From Octopus sinensis (lineage: Eukaryota): 64,000 bases of DNA. Both the position numbers and the translations under genes were made by a program. How positions within the stretch are numbered: position 1 is the first letter of the stretch; each line of letters begins with the position of its first letter. The stretch covers positions 32,054,001-32,118,000 of the forward strand of contig NC_043015.1 of NCBI RefSeq assembly GCF_006345805.1. Reading direction: 5' to 3'. The notes under the pieces are model-generated. The model saw only the letters and a program-made list of their open reading frames with translations, did not search any database and was not told where the DNA came from. This document shows positions 62,681 through 64,000 of this stretch, piece by piece.

Positions 62681-63069
62681 ATAATTGGGTGTGTCCTATA
62701 TATCGGGTTTCTTTATTCGTTTCGGCTGTGACAATTTGCTGGACATTTCACATTTTACTTGTGTCGTGCAAATCTTTTAACAACCCACTTAAAAATACGT
62801 ACAACTAATACTGTGATATTCCAACAAGTAAGTTTTTATATTCTGTCAGTGCTACAACTACTGCCAACCAGAAAACTTCTATTGTATTACATTTAGAGTT
62901 GGAACTAAGAATTAAGGCCACTTTTTTTTTTGGTTTCTTAGAAACACCACTCTCTCTCTCTCTCTCTCTCAAACAGATCATCACTGTTTACCTGATACGT
63001 GTGTATATATGTATAAAGGTATATCTATATATATACGCATTTTTATGTGTGAGCAAGGGAAAATATTGC

Positions 63070-63095
63070 TTATCATATATATATATACATATAGG

Positions 63096-63163
<68 letters not shown>

Positions 63164-63570
63164 GGTATATATATATATATATAGGTATATAGATATATAT
63201 ATATATAGGTATATATATATTATATAGGTATATATATATATATAGGTATATATATTATATATATAGGATATATATATATATATATAGGTATATATATATA
63301 TATGTATATAGGTATATAGGTATTATATATATATATATTATATATATATATATATAGGTATATATATATATATAGGTATATATATATGTATATAGGTATT
63401 ATATATATATAGTATATAGGTATATATATATATATATATATAGGTATTATAGGTATATATATATATATATAGGTATATAGGTATATATATATATAGGTAT
63501 ATATATATATAGGTATATAGGTATATATAGGTATATTATATATATATATATATATATATATTAATAATAT
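63070..63570. repeat. (TA)n tract punctuated by TATAGG units
   Basis: Directly visible. Confidence 0.95.
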
Positions 63571-64000
63571 AAGGGTAAATAATTATTAATTATAAAACCA
63601 ACAATTATTTCCGGGTTAAATAGAAATAAGCGGTCTTTGACTGCTATTTCTAATTTTTCGGTACGTAGCTAAGCAACCTGTTGCTAGCCCTTATATATAT
63701 ATATATATATAATGTGTTAATGTGTGTGTCAACTAAACAACGTTGAGGTTTTTGTTTATTTAAGGTGAAGTGATTAAGAGTTGCCGGGCAGTAATTATTG
63801 AAGGGAAAATGTCAGCGCTAAAAGCTTAGATATAAACCATTCGTGTAAATAAATATATGTATGCTTGTTATTCATACTCTCGCACCTGTACGCTATCTAC
63901 TTACCTGTTCTACTTAGCTTTATTCAACATGCTTTCCTTACTTCACTTGAATCCTGCTTTTATCCAATAGTGAAAATATCATTGGTTTTACTTTTAGCGT

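Noticed and set aside
62560-62700. Possible HDV-like ribozyme at the 5' end of the RTE remnant (GGTCGC/GCGACT pairing)
   Set aside because: Only a 6-bp P1-like helix; no P1.1 GG, P3/L3 or P2 arrangement could be built.

Overview
This is an AT-rich, repeat-saturated eukaryotic window. The SINE/LINE repertoire and the long (TA)n and trinucleotide tracts look octopus/cephalopod-like (inference, not verified). One host gene is well supported: a minus-strand, three-coding-exon gene (55620-55476, 53604-53515, 53288-52657). It has canonical, phase-matched GT-AG introns and encodes a 288-aa uncharacterised protein with about 7 transmembrane segments. Everything else I can recognise is mobile-element debris: RTE, CR1, R4/Dong and CRE LINE fragments; two abundant SINE families plus a third tRNA-SINE; Helitrons; a Tc1/mariner; piggyBac, hAT, pogo and TA-flanked MITEs; and long foldbacks and microsatellites. 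The most interesting signals are: (i) three minimal type-I hammerhead-ribozyme motifs of the Penelope/retrozyme kind, the best of which has a U3-A8 covariant core and lies in sense orientation about 700 nt downstream of the gene's stop codon, ahead of the first polyadenylation-like signal; (ii) a tRNA-Ser + SINE chimera and a SINE trimer, each bracketed by a single target-site duplication; (iii) a piggyBac MITE 14 nt from a splice junction, and a decayed duplicate of the first coding exon. Almost all ORF-track entries are microsatellite or TE artefacts. Most TE boundaries are approximate (about +/-10-20 nt). Family names come from motif recognition, not database searches.
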